A stretch of DNA of 64,000 nucleotides from Bacteroidota bacterium (GTDB lineage: Bacteria; Bacteroidota; Bacteroidia; UKL13-3): contig CANKQY010000001.1 of assembly GCA_947485745.1 (NCBI GenBank), positions 742 to 64,741 on the forward strand, written 5' to 3'. The notes under the pieces were generated by a model, which made no database searches, was not told where the DNA came from, and saw nothing but the letters and a program-made list of their open reading frames with translations. A program made the translations under genes and the position numbers. Below, one piece after another: positions 31,901 to 39,441 of this stretch (position 1 is the first letter of the stretch; each line of letters begins with the position of its first letter).

Positions 31901-33277
31901 AGTACTATCTAATATTTTTCCAACGGTTACAGATTCTGGTTCTGGACCTTTGTTATCACTTCTATCATCTAAAGAGTTAGTTGTATGACCACAATTGAAG
32001 TTTGCAGGAAAAGTTGCCAATACACGTTGCTCAAATTCGTCTTTACTATCCCAAACCAAAGCTCCAGTTGAACCATTCCATATTGAAAAAGAACGGGCAC
32101 CATAAGTAAATATACTATCAAACTTACCATCGTTGTTAAAATCACCATAACGGTTAGTAACATTCAATCTTCCTAGAGCAGAACTGGCTTTAACAGCTGC
32201 AACTCCTGTTGCACCGCCAAATTTAGTGGTATCTAAAACATAAGCAACGTTGTTAACTCTTACCTCTTCGTTATTTGCTGTACCCCAATCTGCACGTGCA
32301 TCACCTTCATTGGCAGTAACAAAATAATTTTGGGTTCCAACTTTATAATTGGAAATACCATCTGGATTATACATTCCAAAAACAGGGTAATTTGCAATTC
32401 CAGCAGAAGCAGGTTGATCCGAAGGATCTAAACCATTGCCAGGTAAATTATGATTCTTAAATCCCAAAGGCATCAATGACGTTATGGTTGCAGTGTTGAT
32501 ATTTAATACTGCCACACAATTGTTTTCTTGGCATGTTACCCAAGCTGTTGTATTGTCGTCGGAGATAGTAAGATATTCTGGCTCCATGTCTTCTGCAACA
32601 GTTGAATTGCGTAAAAACGCACCACCAATTGTTTGTATCCTTCCAAATACCCTAATTTTTGAATCTAATGGTGTTGGTGCATTAAAGGCTGTAAAACCAG
32701 CAGTTTGCACATTGGCTTGCGTTAAAGATGCCGCACCATTGCTCAAATCAATGATAGATACTGAACCTTCTGGATCAATAGTGTAACCAACATTAGGCTC
32801 ACCTTCATTGGCAACCAATAGCTTTAAACCATTGGAGGTAAATGCCAAATTATCAGCATTTGCACCTGCTTTAACCTTGTTAATGAAATTTCCATTGTTG
32901 TCTAAAAACACAATAGAACTTGGATTCGTTTTGCCATTTGAATCGATTACTGCAATAGCAAACAAACCTTTTTTGTTACAAGCAACAGAAGTAACATCAA
33001 TACCATAAGGCTTAACTGAAACTGTTGAAACCAATACTGGATTTGATGGATTTGCAATGTTTACAATCTTGATGCTAGAATCAGGACCATTGATTACAAA
33101 CATACGTTTTGAGCCAGGGTCGAATGCAGAAATTTCTGCCACTCCCCCATTGCTGTTGTAAGTACCAATAGAATAGCGCCCTAATAATTGAGCTCTAATT
33201 TGCGCTTCACTGTTAGTATTAAATCCTAAGAGCAATGCGAGTAATAACACACACTTGAATTGGAAAAATATTTTCAT
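25925..33277 (-). CDS. Giant secreted multidomain phosphoesterase (2450 aa): beta-propeller modules, 5'-nucleotidase/metallophosphoesterase module, Ig-like domains, T9SS type-A CTD
   Basis: Signal peptide. Metallophosphoesterase motifs LQILHASDMESG and GNHEFDLG with a 5'-nucleotidase C-terminal-like region. Repeated Ig-like segments (…YQWSKSGVAINGANASKYTA…, …YQWYLNGGIINGATARNYTA…). C-terminus …SIAPNPYTDFTNIQLG…GMYLVRITVDGETVVKRIVESK is a Por_Secre_tail-type domain. Confidence 0.8.
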   Translation of the reverse strand: MKIFFQFKCVLLLALLLGFNTNSEAQIRAQLLGRYSIGTYNSNGGVAEISAFDPGSKRMFVINGPDSSIKIVNIANPSNPVLVSTVSVKPYGIDVTSVACNKKGLFAIAVIDSNGKTNPSSIVFLDNNGNFINKVKAGANADNLAFTSNGLKLLVANEGEPNVGYTIDPEGSVSIIDLSNGAASLTQANVQTAGFTAFNAPTPLDSKIRVFGRIQTIGGAFLRNSTVAEDMEPEYLTISDDNTTAWVTCQENNCVAVLNINTATITSLMPLGFKNHNLPGNGLDPSDQPASAGIANYPVFGMYNPDGISNYKVGTQNYFVTANEGDARADWGTANNEEVRVNNVAYVLDTTKFGGATGVAAVKASSALGRLNVTNRYGDFNNDGKFDSIFTYGARSFSIWNGSTGALVWDSKDEFEQRVLATFPANFNCGHTTNSLDDRSDNKGPEPESVTVGKILDSTYAFVGLERVGGIMIYNITNPANPYFVQYINTRNFGVTPNQTNLAAVGDLGPEGIVFIPASESPNGVNMIMLSNEVSGTVALFSITTPETEGISKLEDYINNNSPAIGTFQGINYKEAGFSSLFPIPNTNGTEFWTCSDRGVNIDCANANTASCRPTYDKLYAFPTYSPKIHRIRIAGDSIQILQSITIKRPNGAGATGIINPTGLGSTAAEVASTDTVLNCANFSLKTTPKDTFGIDPEGLVVDKNGHFWLCEEGGATIWKLNQNGVLLNRYTPYANLDGKQAVDIQIDSVFKYRKNNRGFEGISIAPNGKIYAMIQSGIQYPNVTIGDNTRIHRILEIDPTTNNQRMLVYLNDGIIGTGGNQIRLRDWKIGDMAAVNDSIFLVLEAAARGTTDIKRLYQINIKQATAVTSGLYGSLTLEGLVDSTGLANYGIKPVTKTLVMDLLASGWPAALDKAEGLAIINDSTIAINNDNDFGQTSPLANGIATATGNLSHLITYRLSGAKKLANYRLAAPTFTLQILHASDMESGIDAPIDAPNFAAVMDTLEGSYLNTVKLASGDCFIPSPFLAAGEDPSMQTPLRNTASFYYGGTQAIRAAIGRTDVAMMNIMGFQGSAFGNHEFDLGTPEVNSIIGVDIRSNGADKRWIGAQFPYLSANLNFANDINLSYLTTNQRLLVDSFKTSPTITANSQKKGIAPSAIIQLNGDRVGIVGATTQLLASISSPGATTVLGGSSDNMPALAAVLQPVIDSLRAMGINKIILMSHLQQLANEKALAPLLKGVDIIIAGGSHSLCADGNDRIRPGTPVADRYPILTLNNDNEPLAILNTTSEWKYVGRFVCDFDALGRLLPNMLDSTINGAYAADTAMVTSLWGNYNAAFAAGTKGGAVRTLTTAIASVINSKDGNKFGKTNVFLEGRRNFVRTEETNFGDLSADANLWYARQYDNQVKVSIKNGGGIRSAIGNVNAVGSTTILEKTLANPSAGKASGDISQLDIENSLRFNNGLSIVRTNAAGLKRLLEHGISATIPGATPGQFPQVGGVAFSYDTTKVVGNRIQSLVIIDSLGNKIDTIAKEGKLFGDTTRTYKIVTLDFLANGGDNYPFPANTNFRVNLDTAIKVPGVATFTTIGKEQDAFAEYMATKFTSNPFNVRDTNLKGDFRIQLLNTRQEGLIIPNSGPSSSQSPYLLPVAPGVRTTAILTAGDKVGNYMMAGTPDGTGAYDNGNGTFTFLVSHEFGNTLGVNRAHGAKGAFVSKWVINKSNLSVVSGSDLIQKVNLWNGTGYTLYNPADTSSKKAFNRFCSSDLPAVSAFYNATTGLGTQERIFMNGEEAGAEGRAFANIVSGVNAGTTYELPYLGKFSWENSIASPVAQNKTIVVGTDDATPGQVYFYIGNKTNTGTEIEKAGLSNGRLYGVAVAGLTAEISASIPAANTAFTMVDLGIVRDSSGAALNAKSNALGVTNFLRPEDGHWDPSNPNDFYFVTTNSFTAPSRLWRLRMSDIKTPELGGTITAVLDGTEGPKMMDNMTIDNYGNILLQEDPGNQSYLSRIWQYNIATDAVKVIAVHDSTRFVAGAPNFLTQDEEASGIIDMQSILGAGMFLMVDQAHYGVGGEQVEGGQILSLYNPDTYNANPEINVKSNSVNIPNGLTTPNVNTQFGIAATGSSETKTFIVENIANGNLTIKNIEITGVNASEFSIVSPSTMPANVNGNSTLSVIVRFTPKASGNRNATLVLTSNDFDEPTYSFAIQGTGVCTSPIVAVTYVGSNSFCDGDSVVLNASNSSTFSYQWSKSGVAINGANASKYTAKETGNFTVMVTDTFACSANSSAVGVIVNPIPAKPSISRSGDVLTSSLESNYQWYLNGGIINGATARNYTATTKGSYNVKVTNAAGCASVLSDSLSFIPTGLNLYQAINQVSIAPNPYTDFTNIQLGLNSNSFVRIEVVSTLGVLVEVLEEKQLSAGNHAYTFGAKEHGFAAGMYLVRITVDGETVVKRIVESK

Positions 33278-33461
33278 GGATAATAAATTTTACCTATCAA
33301 AAATGTTGTTGGTATGTGTCTAAATTGTTACCGCTATTTAAACAAATAGTTAGGAAAAGAAATTTTTACAATTATAAAAATAGGATAACAATTAAATAAC
33401 TAAAAGTTAAATTTAAATTGATATTTTATTAATAATAGATTCTGCCTGATACTGTTTTATT

Positions 33462-34154
33462 TTACCTATCCCAACATTCCATCATTAACAGATTGCCTTC
33501 TTGGTAGTGAATAGAAATTGTGCCATCAACTAAAGCCTCGTTGCTACTCCCAGATTTAAACCCTATTGCTAAATCTTCATTGTGAAGGTTGTATTTTAAA
33601 CCATGTGTGGTAATACCTTTAACCACTCCTATTGGAATTAAAGAGATAGGCGTTCCTTTCACATACCATTTATCGAACGAATTGGGCAAGCAATAAATTT
33701 TGGAATAATCATCGTACATCACCAATGTTGCTTCATCCTTATACCTTACCAAATTTGTTACATTATTGATGGTATGATCTGCTCTCCTGCCTGTAGCCCA
33801 AACAATATTAATCGCTTTATGATTTCTACTCAACAACAAATCAATTCCTTTCTCTAAATCTGTTTTATTTTGATCTGGCGTATGTATAATTTCTACCGGT
33901 TGTTGGTGCGCCAAAAATTGCTCAGGATGATGCTCTCTGTCAAAATCTCCCAATACAATATCAATCTTAATACCTAGCTCCAAAACACGCTCTAAAGCGC
34001 CATCTAATACCATTACTGTCGGACTCCATTCCAATAATTGGTTCAGCAAATCTATGCTGCAAGCTTCGCCATTGGCAATGATCAATGCAGGTTCTTGGGT
34101 ATCTCTAACAACGTGATGCGACGACATACTGCGAAGATGCAATATTTTTGGCAT
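33462..34154 (-). CDS. Thiamine diphosphokinase-like protein
   Basis: LGDFDREHHPE (GDFD motif) and VWATGRRADHTINNV (GGRxDHxxxN motif) with a C-terminal beta-rich domain. A start at the internal MSSHH is possible. Confidence 0.55.
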   Translation of the reverse strand: MPKILHLRSMSSHHVVRDTQEPALIIANGEACSIDLLNQLLEWSPTVMVLDGALERVLELGIKIDIVLGDFDREHHPEQFLAHQQPVEIIHTPDQNKTDLEKGIDLLLSRNHKAINIVWATGRRADHTINNVTNLVRYKDEATLVMYDDYSKIYCLPNSFDKWYVKGTPISLIPIGVVKGITTHGLKYNLHNEDLAIGFKSGSSNEALVDGTISIHYQEGNLLMMECWDR

Positions 34155-34167
34155 CTAAATACCAATC

Positions 34168-35838
34168 TTATGCCAATTCTTTTTCGAGCTTTAATTCCCC
34201 GGCAAATGTGGCTTTTCTTGTGCCAGAATACTGCATCACAACCACATTTGGTTCAGGCAATATTTGATTGGTTTTAATAAAATGGCCTAGATTAAAACTA
34301 ATAGGTAGTACAATAAACCTGTATAAATGTTGGTTCAATTTGAGCTCCGAAATTGCTTGTGATTTAAGTGTTCTATCTACCTCTTCCAAAAACATAGTTT
34401 TAGGTTTTACTTTAAAATGCAAGTAATAATCAATGGCTATCAACTCCTGCAAATATTCGTCGTTAGGGTATTTATGCAAACAAAATGAGGCCAATAATTC
34501 AAAGCTTTCATCTAAAGTATGTTTGTGAAAATGGCTTCGCTGGCTGAACCAATCTCCTAATTCAGAAAAGAATTGAAACATGCCACCTAAGGTTTCTACA
34601 TAAAGCATGGTGTGTATTGCACGCTTTTTATTCCAATACAACTCCATTGCTTCTTCCAACATGGTTACTTGTATCAATTCATCCTTACTCAAATAGTTAC
34701 TCTCAATTATTTGGTAAGGCGGATTTGGGTCGAACCGAAAACCATATTGCTCATATTTTTCGCGCACCGGTGTGCCTTTTAAGAACTTTAAGAAGCCCAA
34801 TTGCAGCTCTGGTGGATGCAGTGCAAATACTTGCTCAAAGCTATAGGCAATGTCGTCTATGTAATCCAATGGCAAGCCAACGATTAAGTCGAGGTGCATT
34901 TCTAAATAATCTTGCAATTGCAAAATAACTCCTTTTGTCTTTTCAAAATTCTGCTTCCTGCTTACCTCCAAATTGGCTTTTTGATTGACCGTTTGTATGC
35001 CAATCTCAAAGCGAAACAAGCCTTTGGGGACTTTCTCTTGTATAAACTTAATGATATCGGGATGCACAATATCAGCAGTGATTTCAAATTGAAAAACATT
35101 ACCAGGTTTGTGGTGATCCAAAATAAATTGGAAGATATCGAGTGTGAAATCCTTTTTAACATTAAAGGTCCTATCTAAAAATTTGATCACCTTTCCATGC
35201 TCCATTAAGAACAACAAATTTTCTTTGATAGTTGCTGTGGGCAGGTAACGTACTTTGTTGTCTAAACTCGCTAAACAAAACTCACATTTATACGGGCAAC
35301 CCCTGGAGGTTTCCATATAGCTTACTTTGTTTTTTATCGCATCGGTTGGTTCAAACAGGTATGGGTTGAAACCTTCCAAAGTATTGATATCAAAACTTTC
35401 GGCAGAAGGGGTGTATTTTACTTTTCCATCTTGCTTATAAACCAAATTGCCAATGCTTGATACATTTGGATAGTGATTTAAAAAATCAGCAAAAGGAATT
35501 TCACCTTCACCAGCAATGATAAAATCTACTTCTGGCAACTTTATAACATCATTCCAATCATAGCTCACTTCTGGTCCGCCGAGCAAAATTTTAATACCCG
35601 GATTTATCTCTTTTAAAAGTCTTGCTACAGCTAATGTTTGGGTAATGTTCCATATATAGCAACTGAAAGCCACTACTTCATAGTCCTTGCATGCCTTGGC
35701 AATTTCTTTGGGGTCTTCCTTTATGGCAAATTCCTTCCAATCGAGCCCTTCATGTTTTTGGTTCAAACCGTAAAGAATACGAATGGCCAAATTCATGTGA
35801 ATATATTTGGCATTGAGCGTAGTTAACAAAATGCGCAT
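34168..35838 (-). CDS. B12-binding-domain radical SAM protein (DUF4080-like)
   Basis: An N-terminal B12-binding-like region and radical-SAM cysteine motif CPYKCEFC (CxxxCxxC) in a 556-aa product. It shares one base with the upstream glycosyltransferase gene. Confidence 0.8.
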   Translation of the reverse strand: MRILLTTLNAKYIHMNLAIRILYGLNQKHEGLDWKEFAIKEDPKEIAKACKDYEVVAFSCYIWNITQTLAVARLLKEINPGIKILLGGPEVSYDWNDVIKLPEVDFIIAGEGEIPFADFLNHYPNVSSIGNLVYKQDGKVKYTPSAESFDINTLEGFNPYLFEPTDAIKNKVSYMETSRGCPYKCEFCLASLDNKVRYLPTATIKENLLFLMEHGKVIKFLDRTFNVKKDFTLDIFQFILDHHKPGNVFQFEITADIVHPDIIKFIQEKVPKGLFRFEIGIQTVNQKANLEVSRKQNFEKTKGVILQLQDYLEMHLDLIVGLPLDYIDDIAYSFEQVFALHPPELQLGFLKFLKGTPVREKYEQYGFRFDPNPPYQIIESNYLSKDELIQVTMLEEAMELYWNKKRAIHTMLYVETLGGMFQFFSELGDWFSQRSHFHKHTLDESFELLASFCLHKYPNDEYLQELIAIDYYLHFKVKPKTMFLEEVDRTLKSQAISELKLNQHLYRFIVLPISFNLGHFIKTNQILPEPNVVVMQYSGTRKATFAGELKLEKELA

Positions 35839-37046
35839 TATGAGTTTGGACTTAATTGGCGGTAAAAATCTAGTTTCTTTTGTATAAGCACCTTGTTGTC
35901 GTAATTTAACCTCACCAAATTGGTTGCATTGTTTCCAATCCGTTCAATTTCGCTTATATTTTTAAGAAGGTATTCTATTTTCTCTTTAAACTCATCGGCT
36001 GTATTGGCAATGAGAATATGCTCGCCATCAACAGCGTTTATACCTTGCGCACCAAGACTTGTAGACACAATGCACTTACCCAAAGCCATGCCTTCCATAA
36101 TTTTAACTCTGATACCGCTACCCGAAAATAATGGAACAACCATGATTGCCTTTTCGTTCATGAGTTGCATGGCACTGTCTATTTCACCGAGAATTCTGAT
36201 ATTGTTTTGGTTATTGTAATCATAAAATTCTACAGGAAAATTTCGGCCTGCCAAATAGAAATGTAAAGTTGGGTAATCCAATGAAATATCTGCCCAAACC
36301 TCTTGTATGAACCAATTCATGGCCTCTTGATTTGGCAACCAATCCATGGAACCTAGGTGAAAGAGGCTAGGCATTTCTAGGTTTTCATTGTTAATGATTA
36401 ACTTTTCTGTGTTTACCCCAAAAGGGAAAATGCCTACAGGAATTTTGCAATTATCAGTACACATGGTATCAAAATCTGTTTGCGTAAAAACTGTTATTCC
36501 ATCAAATTGGTTCAGCATAGAAAGCTCGTATTTTTTTAACCTCAAAGCCAACAACCTAAGATAAGAGTGTTTAATAATATTACCTTGATGTTGCGCTAAA
36601 TTTTCCCAAATTTTATACTCTATGTTGTGCTGGCGTAAAACACAAGGAGCTTTGCTATTTGCGCGAATGGCGGCTAAATAGGGAGCAACAAAAATACTTT
36701 CAAAAACTATGACATCAAATTCTTTGGACTTGCAAATATCAATGAGTTGCTTTTCAAATTCGTCGCTAATAAACCTATCCACATGATAAGAGCGCTTGCT
36801 AAATAGGTTTAATAAGGCATCTTTCGCTTTGATCCTATTGTCGATATAGGTTAAATGAATATCTGCCATAGCCTTTACCTGCTCTGGCAAAGTATCGTAA
36901 TCAATAAAATGCTTTTCGGTATTTAGGGCAGCCATAGTAAGCTCAACACCAGCTTCTTGGTAACCTTTACTTTCATTGAAATTTGCCAATGCCCCACCGT
37001 CTTTAAGGGGCCAGGGGAAGCGATTAAATATTTGAAGGATTTTCAT
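35838..37046 (-). CDS. Family-4 (GT-B) glycosyltransferase
   Basis: The true start is MKILQIFNRF… (ATG at 37044-37046). The 43 codons upstream in the ORF track (…PFPFSFSFSFPFFPFSF…) are a translation of the CT-rich simple sequence repeat. The C-terminal half matches GT4 (…EGMALGKCIVSTSLGAQGI…). Confidence 0.8.
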   Translation of the reverse strand: MKILQIFNRFPWPLKDGGALANFNESKGYQEAGVELTMAALNTEKHFIDYDTLPEQVKAMADIHLTYIDNRIKAKDALLNLFSKRSYHVDRFISDEFEKQLIDICKSKEFDVIVFESIFVAPYLAAIRANSKAPCVLRQHNIEYKIWENLAQHQGNIIKHSYLRLLALRLKKYELSMLNQFDGITVFTQTDFDTMCTDNCKIPVGIFPFGVNTEKLIINNENLEMPSLFHLGSMDWLPNQEAMNWFIQEVWADISLDYPTLHFYLAGRNFPVEFYDYNNQNNIRILGEIDSAMQLMNEKAIMVVPLFSGSGIRVKIMEGMALGKCIVSTSLGAQGINAVDGEHILIANTADEFKEKIEYLLKNISEIERIGNNATNLVRLNYDNKVLIQKKLDFYRQLSPNS

Positions 37047-37053
37047 TGATGAA

Positions 37054-37131
37054 GCAAAGAAAGTGAAAAGGAAGGAGAAAGGGAAGAAAGGGAAGGAGAA
37101 AGAGAAGGAGAAAGGGAAAGGGATGGGGAGA
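37054..37131. repeat. Homopurine/homopyrimidine hexanucleotide simple sequence repeat (minus strand approximately (CTTTCT/CCTTCT)12)
   Basis: A 78-bp tract of G and A only on the plus strand, immediately upstream of the glycosyltransferase ATG. Read directly. Confidence 0.85.
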
Positions 37132-37174
37132 TTTTTTGGACTAATTGGCTGCGCGAGGGTGTTAGGCGGGGTCA

Positions 37175-37435
37175 CTCCTGCTCTAGCTGACTATCAGGCA
37201 AGAGAATTTTAAGCTCGGTGCGTCTATTAAGTTGGTGCTCTTCCTCCGTGCAATCAACGCCATTGGAACAATGATTTATAAGACGGGTTTCGCCGTATCC
37301 TTTGGCTATAATTTTGTCTTTTGGAATGCCTTTGGCTATAATATATTTCACACAACTGTTTGAACGACGTTGGGATAATTTAATATTATACTCATCACTT
37401 TCTCTGCTATCGGTGTGGGACGATAATTCAACTAA
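37175..37435 (-). pseudogene. Remnant of an OmpA/MotB-family C-terminal domain (87 codons, no start codon, no N-terminal part)
   Basis: Manual translation of the minus strand gives …ELSSHTDSRESDEYNIKLSQRRSNSCVKYIIAKGIPKDKIIAKGYGETRLINHCSNGVDCTEEEHQLNRRTELKILLPDSQLEQE*. This is a classic OmpA-like peptidoglycan-binding motif. An in-frame TGA lies 3 codons upstream and only AT-rich non-coding DNA lies beyond it. Confidence 0.6.
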
Positions 37436-37624
37436 TCAAAATTGAATCATTTTTTTCATGTTTTGTTGTTTTATTTTTTCTTAGTATTAGTTTAGGATAG
37501 TGTAATTTTATGAAATAGGTAAAGCGGAGCCGAAGCAGAATAAATATAATAACTATTGCAAAAATGTAGCTATCATTAAAATGGCTATTGATGTATTGAA
37601 ATAGTACTTAATCATTTTTGCACT

Positions 37625-39061
37625 TTGATTTTTTTGTTTTCTCTTGCAAAGCCACAAATTGGAAGTTTAGATAATACCTTTGGTATTGTAACAACAAATG
37701 GTGGTATGAAAACATGTCTGCAGGATAGAAGCAATGCTACCGCCATTCAAAGTGATGGTAAAATTGTGGTAGCAGGCACAAGCAATGATAAATATGCTTT
37801 AATTCGTTATAATACCAATGGCAGCTTAGATGCGACTTTTGGGATTGGTGGAATTGTGGCAACTGATATAGGTTATTCTATTAACTCCATAGCCATTCAA
37901 AGTGATGGTAAAATTGTGGCAGCTGGTCAAGGTTCCCCATTAATCCGCTTCAATACCAATGGAAGCTTCGATGCAACATTTGGTAATGGCGGGACTGCAA
38001 TTATTGGAGGCGACGCTATTGCCAATGCTATAACTATCCAAAATGATGGTAAAATAATTGTGGTATGTGAATCTCAGGGCAGTACATATATTTCTTTATT
38101 ACGTTTCACTGCCAACGGAACTTTAGACAGCTCATTTGGGTCCAATGGAATTGCAACTAAATCTGGTTTAGGTGGCCGCGCTTTAGCCATTCAAAGTGAC
38201 GGCAAAATTGCGGTGGCTGGGTTTATCGTGAAAGTTACCTCGACAGGAGGCACAGCTTATGAGTTTGCCTTAGTCCGTTATTATACCAATGGTAGTTTGG
38301 ATAGCACTTTTGGGACTGGCGGAATTGTTTCTTCAGATTTTGGTAGTTTTGCTATTGCTGAAGCTATAGCCATTCAAAGTAACGGTAAATTTTTGCTGGC
38401 TGGTGAGGGTTTTGTGTTGGCTCGTTATAATACCAACGGAAGTTTAGATAGCACTTTTGGTAATAATGGAATAGTAAATACAAATATTTCAGATGTAAAA
38501 AAAGTTAATTCCTTAGTTATTCAAAGTGATGGTAAAATTATAGCTGGGGGATATAGCATTCAGGGGTCTAATTTTGCTTTGAATTTGACCGTAGTCCGTT
38601 ATAAAATAAATGGCAGTTTAGACAGCACTTTTGGTAATACGGGAATTGTCTCAACTCCAGTTGGCAATCATAATACTGATCTTCATTCTATTAAAAGTGC
38701 GCTTGCCATTCAAACTGATGGTAAAATTATTATAGCGGGTTTTAGCGCATTTAACAATAACTACGATTTTGCTTTAGTTCGTTATCACAATGATAATACA
38801 TTAGGAATGAACGTAATAGGAAATCAAAATACAAAAATAAACATTTATCCCAACCCCACCCAAAATCAAATCAATATTAATGTTCCTGTAAAATCACTCG
38901 GTTCAAATTATTCAGTTAATGACTTTACAGGAAAAGTAGTACTTGAAGGAAAAATAGATTCAGAAAACACAACAGTTGAATTGGCTCATTTACCCTCAGG
39001 CATTTATTTTTTGCGTGTTGGAGAAAATTTGAAACAAACATTTAAAGTGATAAAAGAATAA
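37625..39061 (+). CDS. Delta-60-repeat protein with T9SS type-A CTD, apparently 5'-truncated (TTG start, no signal peptide)
   Basis: Repeated …LD.TFG.GG…AIQSDGKI..AG…ALxRYNTNGSLD… units. C-terminus …INIYPNPTQNQININVP…GIYFLRVGENLKQTFKVIKE. The first codon is TTG, no upstream in-frame ATG precedes the stop at 37589, and the N-terminus MIFLFSLAKPQIGS is not a signal peptide. Confidence 0.6.
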   Translation: MIFLFSLAKPQIGSLDNTFGIVTTNGGMKTCLQDRSNATAIQSDGKIVVAGTSNDKYALIRYNTNGSLDATFGIGGIVATDIGYSINSIAIQSDGKIVAAGQGSPLIRFNTNGSFDATFGNGGTAIIGGDAIANAITIQNDGKIIVVCESQGSTYISLLRFTANGTLDSSFGSNGIATKSGLGGRALAIQSDGKIAVAGFIVKVTSTGGTAYEFALVRYYTNGSLDSTFGTGGIVSSDFGSFAIAEAIAIQSNGKFLLAGEGFVLARYNTNGSLDSTFGNNGIVNTNISDVKKVNSLVIQSDGKIIAGGYSIQGSNFALNLTVVRYKINGSLDSTFGNTGIVSTPVGNHNTDLHSIKSALAIQTDGKIIIAGFSAFNNNYDFALVRYHNDNTLGMNVIGNQNTKINIYPNPTQNQININVPVKSLGSNYSVNDFTGKVVLEGKIDSENTTVELAHLPSGIYFLRVGENLKQTFKVIKE

Positions 39062-39282
39062 AACAGTGTATTTATAATATTTTCAGTATAAAATGTAAAG
39101 AATCCTTTAAATAATTTGCTCACCAAAGACTTTATTAACGCCAGCTAGTGCTTTCATTAGTGATTCGTATTTGGAGTTTGGATTGCAAAAAAGTGAAATC
39201 TGCTTTTGCTCACTTGAAACGAAATCCATCAACATAACTCCTGCTCCCCTCGTTCGCCAAAGCCCTGGCGTAGAAGAACTTT

Positions 39283-39362
39283 CTCCTTCTCTTTCTCTTT
39301 CTCCTTCTCTTTCTCTTTCCCTTTCTCTTTCTCTTTCTCTTTCTCTTTCTCCTTCTCCTCGC
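39283..39362. repeat. Hexanucleotide simple sequence repeat, approximately (TCTCTT)13, inverted relative to the tract at 37054-37131
   Basis: ctttctccttctctttctctttctccttctctttctctttccctttctctttctctttctctttctctttctccttctcc: pyrimidines only on the plus strand. Confidence 0.85.
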
Positions 39363-39441
39363 GGCGCTAACGACCCGCTTTTGAATTCATGCTTAAAATT
39401 TTTAATCTTTAAGGCTTGTGGTTTATTTCTTGAATTGTATT

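Noticed and set aside
37047-37175. N-terminal 43-codon extension of the glycosyltransferase ORF (…PFPFSFSFSFPFF…)
   Set aside because: It is a translation of the CT-rich simple sequence repeat. A canonical MKILQIF… start exists at 37046.
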